64,000 nucleotides of DNA from Antedon mediterranea (lineage: Eukaryota; Animalia; Echinodermata): NCBI RefSeq assembly GCF_964355755.1, contig NC_092679.1, forward strand, positions 16,847,432 to 16,911,431. The letters run 5' to 3'. The notes beneath the pieces were generated by a model that saw nothing but the letters and a program-made list of their open reading frames with translations, had not been told where the DNA came from and did no database searches. Each line of letters starts with the position of its first letter. Position 1 is the first letter of the stretch. The translations under genes were made by a program, and so were the position numbers. Below are positions 12,030-26,100 of the stretch, piece by piece.

Positions 12030-15000
12030 ATCACACTGATCATATCCAACATTAAGTATTAATAATTATTATTGATTAGGTAGATAATAAAAGATGCGTT
12101 ATATCAATTTATGAATACACAGATCATATCCAACAATGTGATATAGATTATTAATAATAATTTTTAATGAGGTAGATATTTAAAGATGCGTGCTCAGTTA
12201 TCAAATTATGACTACACTGATCATATCCAACAATGTGATATAAGACATTAATAATAATTATTGATGAAATAGATATTTAAAGATGCGTGCTCAGTTATCA
12301 AATGACGACTACACTGATCATATCCAACAATGTGATATATGATATTAATATGAATTATTGATGCGGTAGATATTGAAAGATGCGTGCTCAGTTATCAAAT
12401 TCTGACTACACTGATCATATCCAACAATGTGATATATGATATTAATATAAATTATTAATGAGGTAGATATTTAAAGATACGTGATCAGTTATCAAATTCT
12501 GACTACACTGATCATATCCAACAATGTGATATATGATATTAATATAAATTATTAATGAGGTAGATATTGAAAGATACGTGATCAGTTATCAAATGACGAC
12601 TACACTGATCATATCCAACAATGTGATATAGATTATTAATATTAATTAATGATGTGGTAGATATTAAAAGATGCGTGCTCAGTTATCAAATTCTGACTAT
12701 ACTGATCATATCCAACAATGTGATATACGATATTAATATAAATTATTAATGAGGTAGATATTGACAGATACGTGATCAGTTATCAAATGACGACTACACT
12801 GATCATATCCAACAATGTGATATATGATATTAATATGAATTATTGATGCGGTAGATATTGAAAGACGCGTGCTCAGTTATCAAATTCTGACTACACAGAT
12901 CATATCCAACAATGTGATATATGATATTAATATAAATTATTATTGAGGTAGATATTAAAAAATACGTGCTCAGTTATCAAATTATGACTACACTGATCAT
13001 ATCCAACAATGTGATATATGATATTAATATTAATTAATGATAAGGTAGATATTGAAAAATACGTGATCAGTTATCAAATGACGACTACACTGATCTTATC
13101 CAACAATGTGATATATGATATTAATATAAATTATTGATGACGTAGATATTAAAAGATGCGTGCTCAGTTATCAAATTCTGACTACACTGATCATATCCAA
13201 CAATGTGATATATGATATTAATATAAATTATTAATGAGGTAGATATTAAAAGATGCGTGCTCAGTTATCAAATTCTGACTACACTGATCATATCCAACAA
13301 TGTGATATATGATATTAATATAAATTATTAATGAGGTAGATATTGAAAGATGCGTGCTCAGTTATCAAATTCTGACTACACTGATCATATCCAACAATGT
13401 GATATATGATATTAATATAAATTATTATTGAGGTAGATATTAAAAGATACGTGCATGCTCAGTTATCAAATTCTGACTACACTGATCATATCCAACAATG
13501 TGATATATGATATTAATATAAATTATTAATGAGGTAGATATTGACAGATACGTGATCAGTTATCAAATGACGACTACACTGATCATATCCAACAATGTGA
13601 TATATGATATTAATATGAATTATTGATGCGGTAGATATTGAAAGACGCGTGCTCAGTTATCAAATTCTGACTACAGAGATCATATCCAACAATGTGATAT
13701 ATGATATTAATATAAATTATTATTGAGGTAGATATTAAAAAATACGTGCTCAGTTATCAAATTATGACTACACTGATCATATCCAACAATGTGATATATG
13801 ATATTAATATTAATTAATGATGAGGTAGATATTGAAAGATACGTGATCAGTTATCAAATGACGACTACACTGATCATATCCAACAATGTGATATATGATA
13901 TTAATATAAATTATTATTGAGGTAGATATTAAAAGATACGTGCTCAGTTATCAAATTCTGACTACACTGATCATATCCAACAATGTGATATATGATATTA
14001 ATATAAATTATTAATGAGGTAGATATTAAAAGATACGTGCTCAGTTATCAAATTCTGACTACACTGATCATATCCAACAATGTGATATATGATATTAATA
14101 TAAATTATTAATGAGGTAGATATTTAAAGATGCGTGCTCAGTTATCAAATTACGACTACACTGATCATATCCAACAATGTGATATATGATATTAATATAA
14201 ATTATTAATGAGGTAGATATTGAAAGATGCGTGCTCAGTTATCAAATTCTGACTACACTGATCATATCCAACAATGTGATATATGATATTAATATAAATT
14301 ATTATTGAGGTAGATATTAAAAGATACGTGCTCAGTTATCAAATTCTGACTACACTGATCATATCCAACAATGTGATATATGATATTAATATAAATTATT
14401 AATGAGGTAGATATTTAAAGATGCGTGCTCAGTTATCAAATCACGACTACACTGATCATATCCAACAATGTGATATATGATATTAATATAAATTATTATT
14501 GAGGTAGATATTAAAAGATACGTGCTCAGTTATCAATTTCTGACTACACTGATCATATCCAACAATGTGATATATGATATTAATATAAATTATTAATGAG
14601 GTAGATATTTAAAGATGCGTGCTCAGTTATCAAATTACGACTACACTGATCATATCCAACAATGTGATATATGATATTAATATAAATTATAATTGAGGTA
14701 GATATTGAAAGATGCGTGCTCAGTTATCAAATTATGACTGCACTCATCATATTCAACAATGTGATATAGGATATTAATAATAATTCTTAATGAGGTAGAT
14801 ATTGAAAGATACGTCCTCAGTTATCAAATTCTGACTACACGGATCATATCCAACAATGTGATATATGATATTAATATAAATTATTAATGAGGTAGATATT
14901 GAAAGATGCGTGCTCAGTTATCAAATTCTGACTACACTGATCATATCCAACAATGTGATATATGATATTAATATAAATTATTAATGAGGTAGATATTGAC

Positions 15001-16496
15001 AGATACGTGATCAGTTATCAAATGACGACTACACTGATCATATCCAACAATGTGATATATGATATTAATATAAATTATTAATGAGGTAGATATTGACAGA
15101 TACGTGATCAGTTATCAAATGACGACTACACTGATCCTATCCAACAATGTGATATATGATATTAATATAAATTATTGATGACGTAGATATTAAAAGATGC
15201 GTGCTCAGTTATCAAATTCTGACTACACTGATCATATCCAACAATGTGATATATGATATTAATATAAATTATTAATGAGGTAGATATTAAAAGATGCGTG
15301 CTCAGTTATCAAATTCTGACTACACTGATCATATCCAACAATGTGATATATGATATTAATATAAATTATTAATGAGGTAGATATTGAAAGATGCGTGCTC
15401 AGTTATCAAATTCTGACTACACTGATCATATCCAACAATGTGATATATGATATTAATATAAATTATTAATGAGGTAGATATTAAAAGATGCGTGCTCAGT
15501 TATCAAATTCTGACTACACTGATCATATCCAACAATGTGATATATGATATTAATATAAATTATTATTGAGGTAGATATTAAAAGATACGTGCTCAGTTAT
15601 CAAATTCTGACTACACTGATCATATCCAACAATGTGATATATGATATTAATATAAATTATTAATGAGGTAGATATTTAAAGATGCGTGCTCAGTTATCAA
15701 ATTACGACTACACTGATCATATCATCAACAATGTGATATATGATATTAATATAAATTATTAATGAGGTAGATATTTAAAGATGCGTGCTCAGTTATCAAA
15801 TTACGACTACACTGATCATATCATCAACAATGTGATATAGGATATTAATATAAATTATTAATGAGGTAGATATTAAAAGATGCGTGCTCAGTTATCAAAT
15901 TCTGACTACACTGATCATATCCAACAATGTGATATATGATATTAATATAAATTATTATTGAGGTAGATATTAAAGGATACGTGCTCAGTTATCAAATTCT
16001 GACTACACTGATCATATCCAACAATGTGATATATGATATTAATATAAATTATTAATGAGGTAGATATTTAAAGATGCGTGCTCAGTTATCAAATTACGAC
16101 TACACTGATCATATCCAACAATGTGATATAGATTATTTATATTAATTTTGATGCGGTAGATATTTAAAGATGCGTGCTCAGTTATCAAATGACGACTACA
16201 CTGATCATATCCAACAATGTGATATAGATTATTAATAATAATTATTGATGATGTAGATATTAAAAGATACGTGCTCAGTTATCAAATTATGACTACACTG
16301 ATCATATCCAACAATGTGATATATGATATTAATATTAAAATTGATGACGTAGATTCTAAAAGATGCGTGCTCAGTTATCAAATTATGACTACACTCATCA
16401 TATTCAACAACGTGATATAGATTATTAATAATAATTATTGATGAGGTAGATGTGAGATGCGTGCTCAGTTATCAAATTGTAACTACACTGATCATA
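12030..16496 (-). repeat. Tandem array of the same 97-bp satellite in reverse orientation (about 46 units)
   Basis: Unit AAAGATGCGTGCTCAGTTATCAAATTCTGACTACACTGATCATATCCAACAATGTGATAT is the reverse complement of the left-array core. Period 97 (e.g. 13201 to 13298). Confidence 0.95.
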
Positions 16497-17102
16497 ATAC
16501 TGTACACATAGTCCTTATGCAATTAGACATTGATTTAGTAGTACTACATATCATTTGTTAAATTAAGAATGTTGTTTCTGTGTTATTAAAAAACTTATTG
16601 AAATTTTTTAAAGTAAAAATATCAGTATTGATACCTATAAATTTGTATATCATAATAACATGCTTGATATTATAATAATGTGTTCTTTATTACAACTAAG
16701 AAACAATTATGTACGAGGATTATACACACTGATAGCTCTCAGTTATCAAAAAACGACTACACAATATAGCTCAGATTTATCATCATCCCCTTCGAAAAAG
16801 TCTACGATTAAAATATCGATTTAATAATGTATTGTTAACCTTTGGTACTTTTCAATCATTGCAATAATATATTCTGTTTTTAAACGACACTACAAAATAG
16901 TCTTCACTACCAGAAGGTAGACTAAAATATAAATATATAGCCCACTGAAAATTTATTAAAACATATTCTCAATCCCTTACACATACAGTACAGAGTGTTA
17001 GAGAGTAATTGGAATTTTACCCACAATACTTTGCTAGACCACCCTTGTTTCAATTGCAAGTATGGCGGATGGTTTGTCATCATAACAGCAAAGATGATTA
17101 GA

Positions 17103-20100
17103 ATGGAAAACGGGGCTGGATCATCTCCGCAGCATTTAAACCAGTTAAATGCTGGCACAAATGCTAACTTAAATGTTTTAGGAAATAAATTAGAAGATGA
17201 CAATTCACGATCGAAGTATACAATACCCGGAATATTGCATTTTATTCAACATGAGTGGGCGAGATTTGAGATGGAAAGGGCTCAGTGGGAGGTTGAACGA
17301 GCCGAGTTACAGGTAAAGCTATGGGAGTGAAGCCCTGTCCTGGGTGTATAATGTTGGCCTAAGAAACCAGCTAACCGAAGATGTGATTTATACTGTCAAT
17401 AAACGATTACTATGCGCCCTAATATACATAAAACAGTAATAAATAAGCTGAAGGAAATTCAGATAGTTTGTTGTGTGTTCATTCTTCAAATCATTTGCAA
17501 AAAAGTCAATAAATAAATGATGGAATTTTAATTTTGAAAATACTTTTTTTGTTGTATCATATTCTATACTCTGTGTGTAGGCCTAGGTTGTGTCACCTTT
17601 ATCTTCTTTTTATGCCGTAGCCTTCTAGTACTACCATTTACCCAGGAGAGGAAAGCCTAGACCCAAATTGTTTACAAAATTCTAATGCCAAACCATTTCA
17701 CAGTGAAATTTCAGGAAGTGCTATACCGGTAGATTAATTGGCAATTATTTGTTTTGCTATTAACTTTTTTCAACAGGTTTGTTCTTCGATAATTTCTTTC
17801 AATTGCAATTTTGTTTTCTTCCTTTTTATTGAACTTTTTTTACTTTTCAACTGTATTTTAGCAGAATTTTTGTTGATGCTATATTTCTTTCTTTCACAGT
17901 AGCCTGATGCTACACTGTACTTTATTTCAATAACATTTCTTCATATTTTTGTATGACAAAATATCATAACAAATAAAGTGAAAATTTGTTTGCATAAATT
18001 TGCCAACTTTGTCATTTGGAAGGTCTAAGAATATACATTTAATTTAATTGTATACAAACATTTAATTTTCATCATTTTGACAGCATGGTAGACATTTTTT
18101 GTACAACCTCTACGTTTAACTAGCCAGGAAGTATTGTTCAGATTACTTCCAAAATTGCTTTACTGTAGGTACATTTGTAAAAATTATGAAGCTTTGACCT
18201 TGAGAAAAGACCACTAATAGGCTACTGAGACCGACAATAGATGTGATTCATTGGAAAGCTACCTACATTAGTATTCTTCTAAAAACCACAACAGTACTGC
18301 AGTAGACCAACATTTCTGTATATTTGTGTGTCGAAATAGGTTGCACTGATGAAACATAACTTGTGTGTATAATTTATTTTTTTGCATTCTGTTTTGTATG
18401 CCAGGTTTTTATAAGACAGAGATGCAGGATTCTTTTCCAAAGCTATTTTGGTTAAAATTGGTTTATGCTATTTTTTTAAATCTAAGCCTAAGTTAGACTT
18501 AGGTTATTAGAGGCTTCCTTAAATCCTGGATACCAAAATGTTTCTCGTATATTATTTCTCCCTTTAAATATAGATGGACCATTTTGGTATGAAGGATTTA
18601 AGGAAGGCTTACTGTAGGTTAAAAAAATCTTTAAGAAAACCCCTCTATATAGATTACCAATAAATAAAGGTTTTATACAGACTTTTACCTAGCAATTTTG
18701 GTTTTGATGTGGTATTTTTAGGTCTAGGCTAGAGGCAAGTTATTAATAATTCATCGTATTAAATGCTTAAAAGATTACTGTTAGGCTAAAAAAAATCTTT
18801 AAGAAAACCCCTTTATATATACAGTATACTACCATTAAAATTGTTTTATTATTACAGACTTTTACCCAGCAATTTTGGTTTTGATGTTGGGTATTTTTTG
18901 GGTCTAGGCTAGAGATAAAGTTTTTAATAAATCATATTAAATGCTTTTTTCCCCCCTATTTTTATTTTATTTATATTTTTATTTCATGACTTCTATTTTA
19001 TATTTAAAAATGGAATGGACACCAGGAAACTACTGTACAGTATAGTATTGCTGAATGAAGTTTTTACATTATTGAAAGAAAACTTTACTGTACATCACTA
19101 CTTTAGTAACCCCCAAAAATCCCAACGTCAAAGAATTTTGTTTTCATTCAATAAAGGCCATTGAATGCGTTAGCTTTCCGTGAATTCAATTGCATTATTT
19201 TACTCTGTTGACCCAAGTTTATTATTCATGCATAAACACAATTCATATTGTACAATTTTTTTGGACACTGTATCTATGATATATGATACAAAACAGCTGT
19301 ATTAATGAGCTATTATTACACAGTATAGACACTGTTATTGTGTTGGTCATTGATGAGTTTTTTAAATGAATGAACAAGGTTGTATAGGAAAATTATTTAC
19401 TATACATTTTTTAGTATGCGCCCTCTCTGGAGCCGTGATTTGTTGCATCTCCTCTATAGCCGTAATTTAGGTTTTTTTTACAATTCTGGAGTAGAAACCG
19501 CTCATTTGGAACATTTATTTAGGGTAAAAATTTAGTACACTCCTATTATTTATTAAGGGACACTTTCCTGTGAAACGGATGAGTTCAATATATGTATACA
19601 GTATCACTATCAGTATGTCCAATCTGTAAGCTGGAGCGGGGACACCCTTAAAATAAAGGCCAATTTACACAGATGACCGGTAATTGTAAGCGGAAAACTG
19701 CATAGCTTGTCCCATGCAGAATAACTGTCTATCCTGAAACCCTCCCGTCCAATCTGCCTTGTGTGTAAATGGTCATAAGGAATAACATAGATTCTATATT
19801 TTTATTTACTGTTAGTGTTACCATTCGTCTGTGTAAATTGGGACATTTCTATGTACAGTACTGTATACTCTTAATAGGGTTTCTAAACTGTGTGTTAATA
19901 TTACACTTTTTATTCTAGATAACAATGACATTTATACCTGCAATGTCAATGGGCTCTAGTTAGAATGGATACAAATTTGTAATTTTTACATAAATAGTTT
20001 AAAAAGAAAATTGTTCACATACTGTGATAATTATCAGCATTAAATAGCATTAAAAAAATCAAGGCTAAATGTGTTTGATGTTTTTCATAAACCATATTAT

Positions 20101-23100
20101 TATTAGGATTATCTCTGCATCCGCATTTGTGTTTTTTATGTGTTAATTAACATACGATGATTTATGTTTTTAATTTTGCAGGCAAGAATAGCATTCCTTC
20201 AAGGTGAACGAAAAGGTCAGGAAAATCTGAAACACGACTTGGTTCGGCGAATAAAGATGTTAGAATATGCGTTAAAACAAGAGAGGTGAGTGACTCATTG
20301 TAATACATTAGAGCCTCATCATCATCTTAAACCAAGATCGCTAGCTACAACCAATGGACAGTTTGTGTTTATCATATCCTGGACATTTGGACATCTGGGC
20401 ATTTGAGACCGATTGATGATCTAATTGTATTTTTAAGAAGGCTACTGTAACTTGTAATTTAAAATTGTATTTAGCTTTGATATATTTAAATCAATTGAAT
20501 TAAAATTGACAGCAGACATACAGTATTATAAGTCAAAATATACCTTTTAATTCTAAAAATATAGAAACTTGTTCATTGTATTGGTAAGTCTAGGCCTAAA
20601 TTACAACTTTTAATGTGCCTCGGTAGTGATCAGGTGTGGGTGTCCATTTTTCCAAGCTACTTATCTCTGGAGAAAAAAAATGTATTTTGGCTCAGGTACA
20701 CTACAGTTTGTTATTGTCTAAAACATCCTGGTTTTCAGCTCACTTAAATCGGATTACTAACTTGTGAGTTCTGAGTGTTAGGTCCTGTTCAGACCTTCAA
20801 AGTTATGGTTTTGTATTGTACACTGCATAGGAAAAGATTACTCTAAGCCACCTTTTATGACGATATGAAAACTCAAGATGCTTATGATACGAAAGTCGTG
20901 CATTAACGTTTATATAGGTCTGTGTTGCGTTTCAAATTTGTTTTCCCATAATTTGTCTCCTTATATAGTTCTAGTTGTTATCTAATCAATATTAATTGAT
21001 TTAAAGGAGGTTTGCGCAGCTTTTTTTTTAGGTTTGCGCTGTGAAATCAGTAATTTTCCCAAAAATTGAAGTTTTTCACACAAAAAAAGGCAAACTTAAA
21101 GGAATTTTAAATTTTTTCCCCATAAATTGTCTCCCTATATAGGTCTAGTTGTGTTTTAATCAATATTAATTGATTTAAAGGAGGTTTGCGCAGCTTTTTT
21201 TGGAGGTTTGCGCTGTGAAATCAGTAATTTTCCCAAAAATTGAAGTTTTTTACCCAAAAAAGGGCAAACTTGAAGGAATCTCAAATGTTTTTTCCCATAA
21301 ATTGTCTCCCTATATAGGTCTAGTTGTGTTTTAATCTATATTAATAGATTTAAAGGAGGTTTGCGCAGCTTTTTTTGTTCTTTGCGCTGTTAAATTAGTA
21401 ATTTTCCCAAAAATTGAAGTTTTTCACCCAAAAAAAGGCAAACTTAAAGGAATTTCAAATTTTTTTCCTCATAAATTGTCTCCCTATATAATTCTAGTTG
21501 TGTTCTAATCAATAATAATTGTTTTGAAGGAGGTTTGCGCAGCTTTTTTTGTTGTTTGCGCAGTTTAGCAATACCCACGATCAGTGACACTTTGACTTTA
21601 AACAAAAGCTTACTTAATCGAATCTGAACATTTTGCTAATTCTTGTGCTAATTATGTGAGTTACCGTGCTTTAAGATAAGAACAATTTGTTGGTCTGAAC
21701 ATACCCTTAGAATACATGCCTGTCATGTGTCGGCTGTACTAAAGAAAGTTTATTTATTCCCTATAGGACATGTCAATGAAACACAATAGATTTTATTATG
21801 GACATTAATTTGGTGAATAATGTAAAAATAGCACTTTATCACTATCATCAGTTCATTAACGGGAATAATAGTATAATATCACTGTTCAGAAAGTACCAAT
21901 GATTAATCAAAAAATAAGGTTATGCAAATGTACCATCTGTTTAACTTTTTTTTTAAATACACTTGAATGATGTCATCATAGATATTATGCTGATAACATT
22001 ATTATATTTTATTATTAATACAAATAATAGATTTATAAGCTAGGAAGCCGGTATTAGTAATTCATTTCTGATTTCATAAACCTTTACAGAAAGTTGAATT
22101 TAAACATCTGATTGTCAAAATGTGTTCTCGGTAGAAAGTGAAAATTCGTAATTAATAAGTTAATTGCAGTTTGGTAATACTACTCTATATACTTTAAACA
22201 GATTTTGTTTTCTGTACAAATGACACAGATGCAATTTTCATGAAATTCTGTAGTAGAACCTCTCTTTGAAAGCACGTACCTCAAAAAAGACATCCCTACA
22301 GTAGTAGTATGTTTTAACCAAAGATTTTATATAGCCGAAGGCTAGATCGCAAAGAACAATGTTATAGCAGTTCAAAAAGTGATTCTCCATGGAGAAGGAA
22401 CCAACAAGATGGCGGCTGCATTCGACCAATCAGATATGCCCTACGCAGTACGCACTACTACGCCTGTGTTGAGCCTATCTGCGGGAGAACGATACGCAAC
22501 GCAGCGCATTAAGCATATAAACATGAACGTATTCTATATGATCTGACCTCGTATACAAAAAATGCTAGATTACCAAGAAATTATTCATTCTATTGCGATT
22601 AACAATAATTATATTTAATTTTATAACAACTTTACTGTGCTTTGACAAGAATATGTGTTGTAATTTATGTGGTCTTAATGTATTATGTTAGATTATTATT
22701 TTTTATATTATTAAATAATGTTTTTGAACATCTATACGGCCACCATCTTGTTGGTTCCCCTCCTGTTGGAATCACTTTTCAGTCTGGAATACATCCTCTA
22801 GCCTTCGGCATTACCTCACTGGTTTTAACACTACTGTACAGTACTACAGACGGACATTTTGTTGTGTCCCAAAAGGTGTCCCTTTAATAGAGGTTCTACT
22901 GAAATTTAACTCTAGTATTTTAATTTATTGTTGTTGTTAATGTTAGTGGCATTTACTGTATTTCAGTTCACTTCAGAATTACAAAATTATGTACAGATTT
23001 GTTTAAATTAAAATTATTAAAAATTGTTACTCAAACCAATTTCTGTTACTAACAACAACATCAGTACTTCTCAATGATACTGTAGTATCAGTATTCTATT

Positions 23101-26100
23101 AGTAAACCTATAAACTCTTAAGTTCTATGGAGTATTTGGCAATGAAAACTACATATAAAGTACTGAGCAGTAGCATAAAAACCTAGATTTACAGTATAAA
23201 GTACTGTACAAAAAGCTAACATAACCAATCAATTTGTTATAGAGCACTTAGCATAGCTTCAGGCTATAGATGTTCCCATTGTTACAGTAATTATCTCTCA
23301 GATACCTATCTGCTGTTGACATTTTGGGTCATGTACTATTCTGCTATTGGTTGATTATATGTGCCCTGTACATGTATGTCATCATAGGTGTATGAATCAT
23401 CAAGGTACATAATAATCTATTCTATTTATAATCCTATGGTAAATTCAGGAATTGATTTTTTTTTAATTCATTAGCTATTTATTTATTATTTTAAGTTGTT
23501 TATCATTTTTTGTTTGTTTAAATAATAATATTTCATATCTTAATATTTGTTTTGTGTTTTTCCTTCAGATCAAAATTTCACAAATTAAAATTCGGAACTG
23601 ATCCTTCTGGGGAATTAAAACCACCAACGTTTGAAGGAGGTATGTATAAATTTATACTTTGATACTGTGTTTGAATTAAGAATAAATTCTTAAAGATATA
23701 TTGTCCCCTCAAAAAATTATTTTATACATTTTTTAATGAATATCCAAAAATTGGATCAGAAAAAAAAAATTTTTACATGAAAAAAAATTTCAAATTGACT
23801 GGAAATCAATGGGTTTTTAAAAGAGCCAAAATATTAAAACCAAAGCACTATCAGTGTCAGGCAAAAATCGGAGACAATTTTAGACTTACTCATGATGGAA
23901 TTTGCATTTAATTCTGAGGTAGGACTCAAACCCAGGACCTACAGATCACTACCCGACGTTCATCCTCTAGATCATTAAGCTTAACTCACATTCTTGTGTC
24001 TGATTGGTAGTTGTTATTTGATAATAAATTAATAATAAACCACAATGATGCTTTTATTTTGTTCCCCATCTTTCGGATTGGACATTGAGAACTAGGAATG
24101 TGCTTAGTTGTTAGGTTTTCATCAACAGAACTATACAAAGATTACCATACAGAGTTTGGTATTTACCATTGTCTCTTATGTGATTTATTAAAGTGGTCAT
24201 TTGTTCGTCACACCTGATTTTATTTCTTTTTTTTTTTAATTTTCAGATGATATAAGTGAAGATGACTCTGTTATCTCTCCAAATGCACAAGTCAATTTCA
24301 AACAAGGAAGGCAGTTACTTAGGCAGTAAGTAATCCTTATGTGTGTCACATGACTGATATTGTGTAAACAAATGCAGTGGGAGCGGGGATGGTTATTGTA
24401 TTACAAATTGTAAATGAAACATAAATTATAATGTCACCTTTCTTTATGACTGACATTGACAACCTATTGTTCATGGAACCATAGCAATACACTGTTGTGT
24501 GACTGTTATACACAAGTGGTTGTGATACAGTGTCGTGTGCTACCTGTATCATAGGAACAATGTAAAGATCTGTCTACACTATCAAACTTTATGTGACAAA
24601 AAAATGTGATGTGCCCATATATGGATCACACTTTTTCTGTCAAACTAGTTTGATAATGTAGACAGAGCTTAAGAGACACTATATGGATTCTAACCTTACT
24701 GATCCCATTAATTAATTAATTTGATGCCAAAAATATAATGCTTACCTTATTAAAGTGATTCTTACCTTAGTGAAATAAGGAGGCAAAGAGTATTACTCGT
24801 ATAGACTGCCTCCTCTCATAGTGTTTATGTGCGAGTCATATGTACGTTTAAAAGTTTTTAGTGTTGGGCTTGAAACAATGTGGTAAAGGTAATAAATTAT
24901 CTCTACTAAAGGTATTAAACCGGGATTTACACAACTTAAAACGATGACCTCGCCATAATACATAATTTACCTCTGTTTAAACTTGTTTCAGATATTTACA
25001 AGAGATTGGTTATACCGACACAATCCTAGATGTACGATCAAACCGAGTGCGGTCTTTACTTGGCCTACAGTCCGGTGAACAGAATTCAAATAATGTAGAA
25101 AGTGATGGTACCTCACCTGTAGAGCCATTAGTGAACGGAGAGAGCCCAGCAAAACCAAACCGATCAGACCCAAATGCAATTAAAAGGTATTGTAATGTAT
25201 AATTATTCCATTAATATACTATATAAATAATGTATAAACTACATTTAAATCCATTTGATTTTTTAATTTTGTATCATATCCTGTTCATTATTGTTTCACA
25301 TTTAAACAGGTTTTTATCAGATAAAAAAAAACGTTGAGCTATTCTTTAGAATGACGCATGGTGGAAAATAGTGTGTAGTATTTGCCATTTATAACTGCCC
25401 TATCCTGCAGCCAATTTCCGAGTGCAGTATTTTTAACGGGCCTAGCCTGACAATTTTTAAACTCCACTCCCAAAGACTTGTAATAGGTATCCCAATGAAA
25501 GCGCACAGAGGGGTATCACTTTTGAAATATTGACGAAATTCGAAAAAGTAGTATGACTTTGATGTTAAATAAATCGTATTCAATCTTAATTAATACTTAC
25601 AAAATTTATATTGTTTGAAAGTACTTGTTTTAATCTATGTATAAGTGTGTTTATAATTAAAATTAATGAATTAGTTGCCGAGAAAATGCGATTTTAAAAC
25701 GGTTCTAAAATCCCGTCGAGCCGATTTCCGCGCGTTGAAAACCTCATCGGAAAATCCCCATCAGTTTTCAAAACACGATCGCACGATTACCATTGGAGCT
25801 AGCGGATTAATTTTTGTTGTATGTTATCAGGCTTTAAATAAGCTTTAATTTGATACGAAAATCGTCTTCTATAAATAGGTTTTTCGTAACGAAAAGGTAA
25901 TTTTTGTGACAAAAATCCAATTTTGATTCACCGTTTATGGAAAAATATTATGGATTTTGGTATTAAATTATAGCTAAATCTACATTGAAATCGATAAAAC
26001 ATAGTTTACAAACGTATTGTGCATGGTAATTGAGCGAACTACATTTTAAAATGGTGCATGAGGCGTAAATCCCGTTCAAAATTTTAAAGATCCAACCATT

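Noticed and set aside
7078-16496. CRISPR-like appearance of regularly spaced repeats
   Set aside because: There are no unique spacers, whole units repeat, the context is eukaryotic and no cas genes are present.
16995-17093. N-terminal extension of striatin from the ORF-track start
   Set aside because: Non-ATG start and no striatin similarity upstream of ATG 17094/17103.
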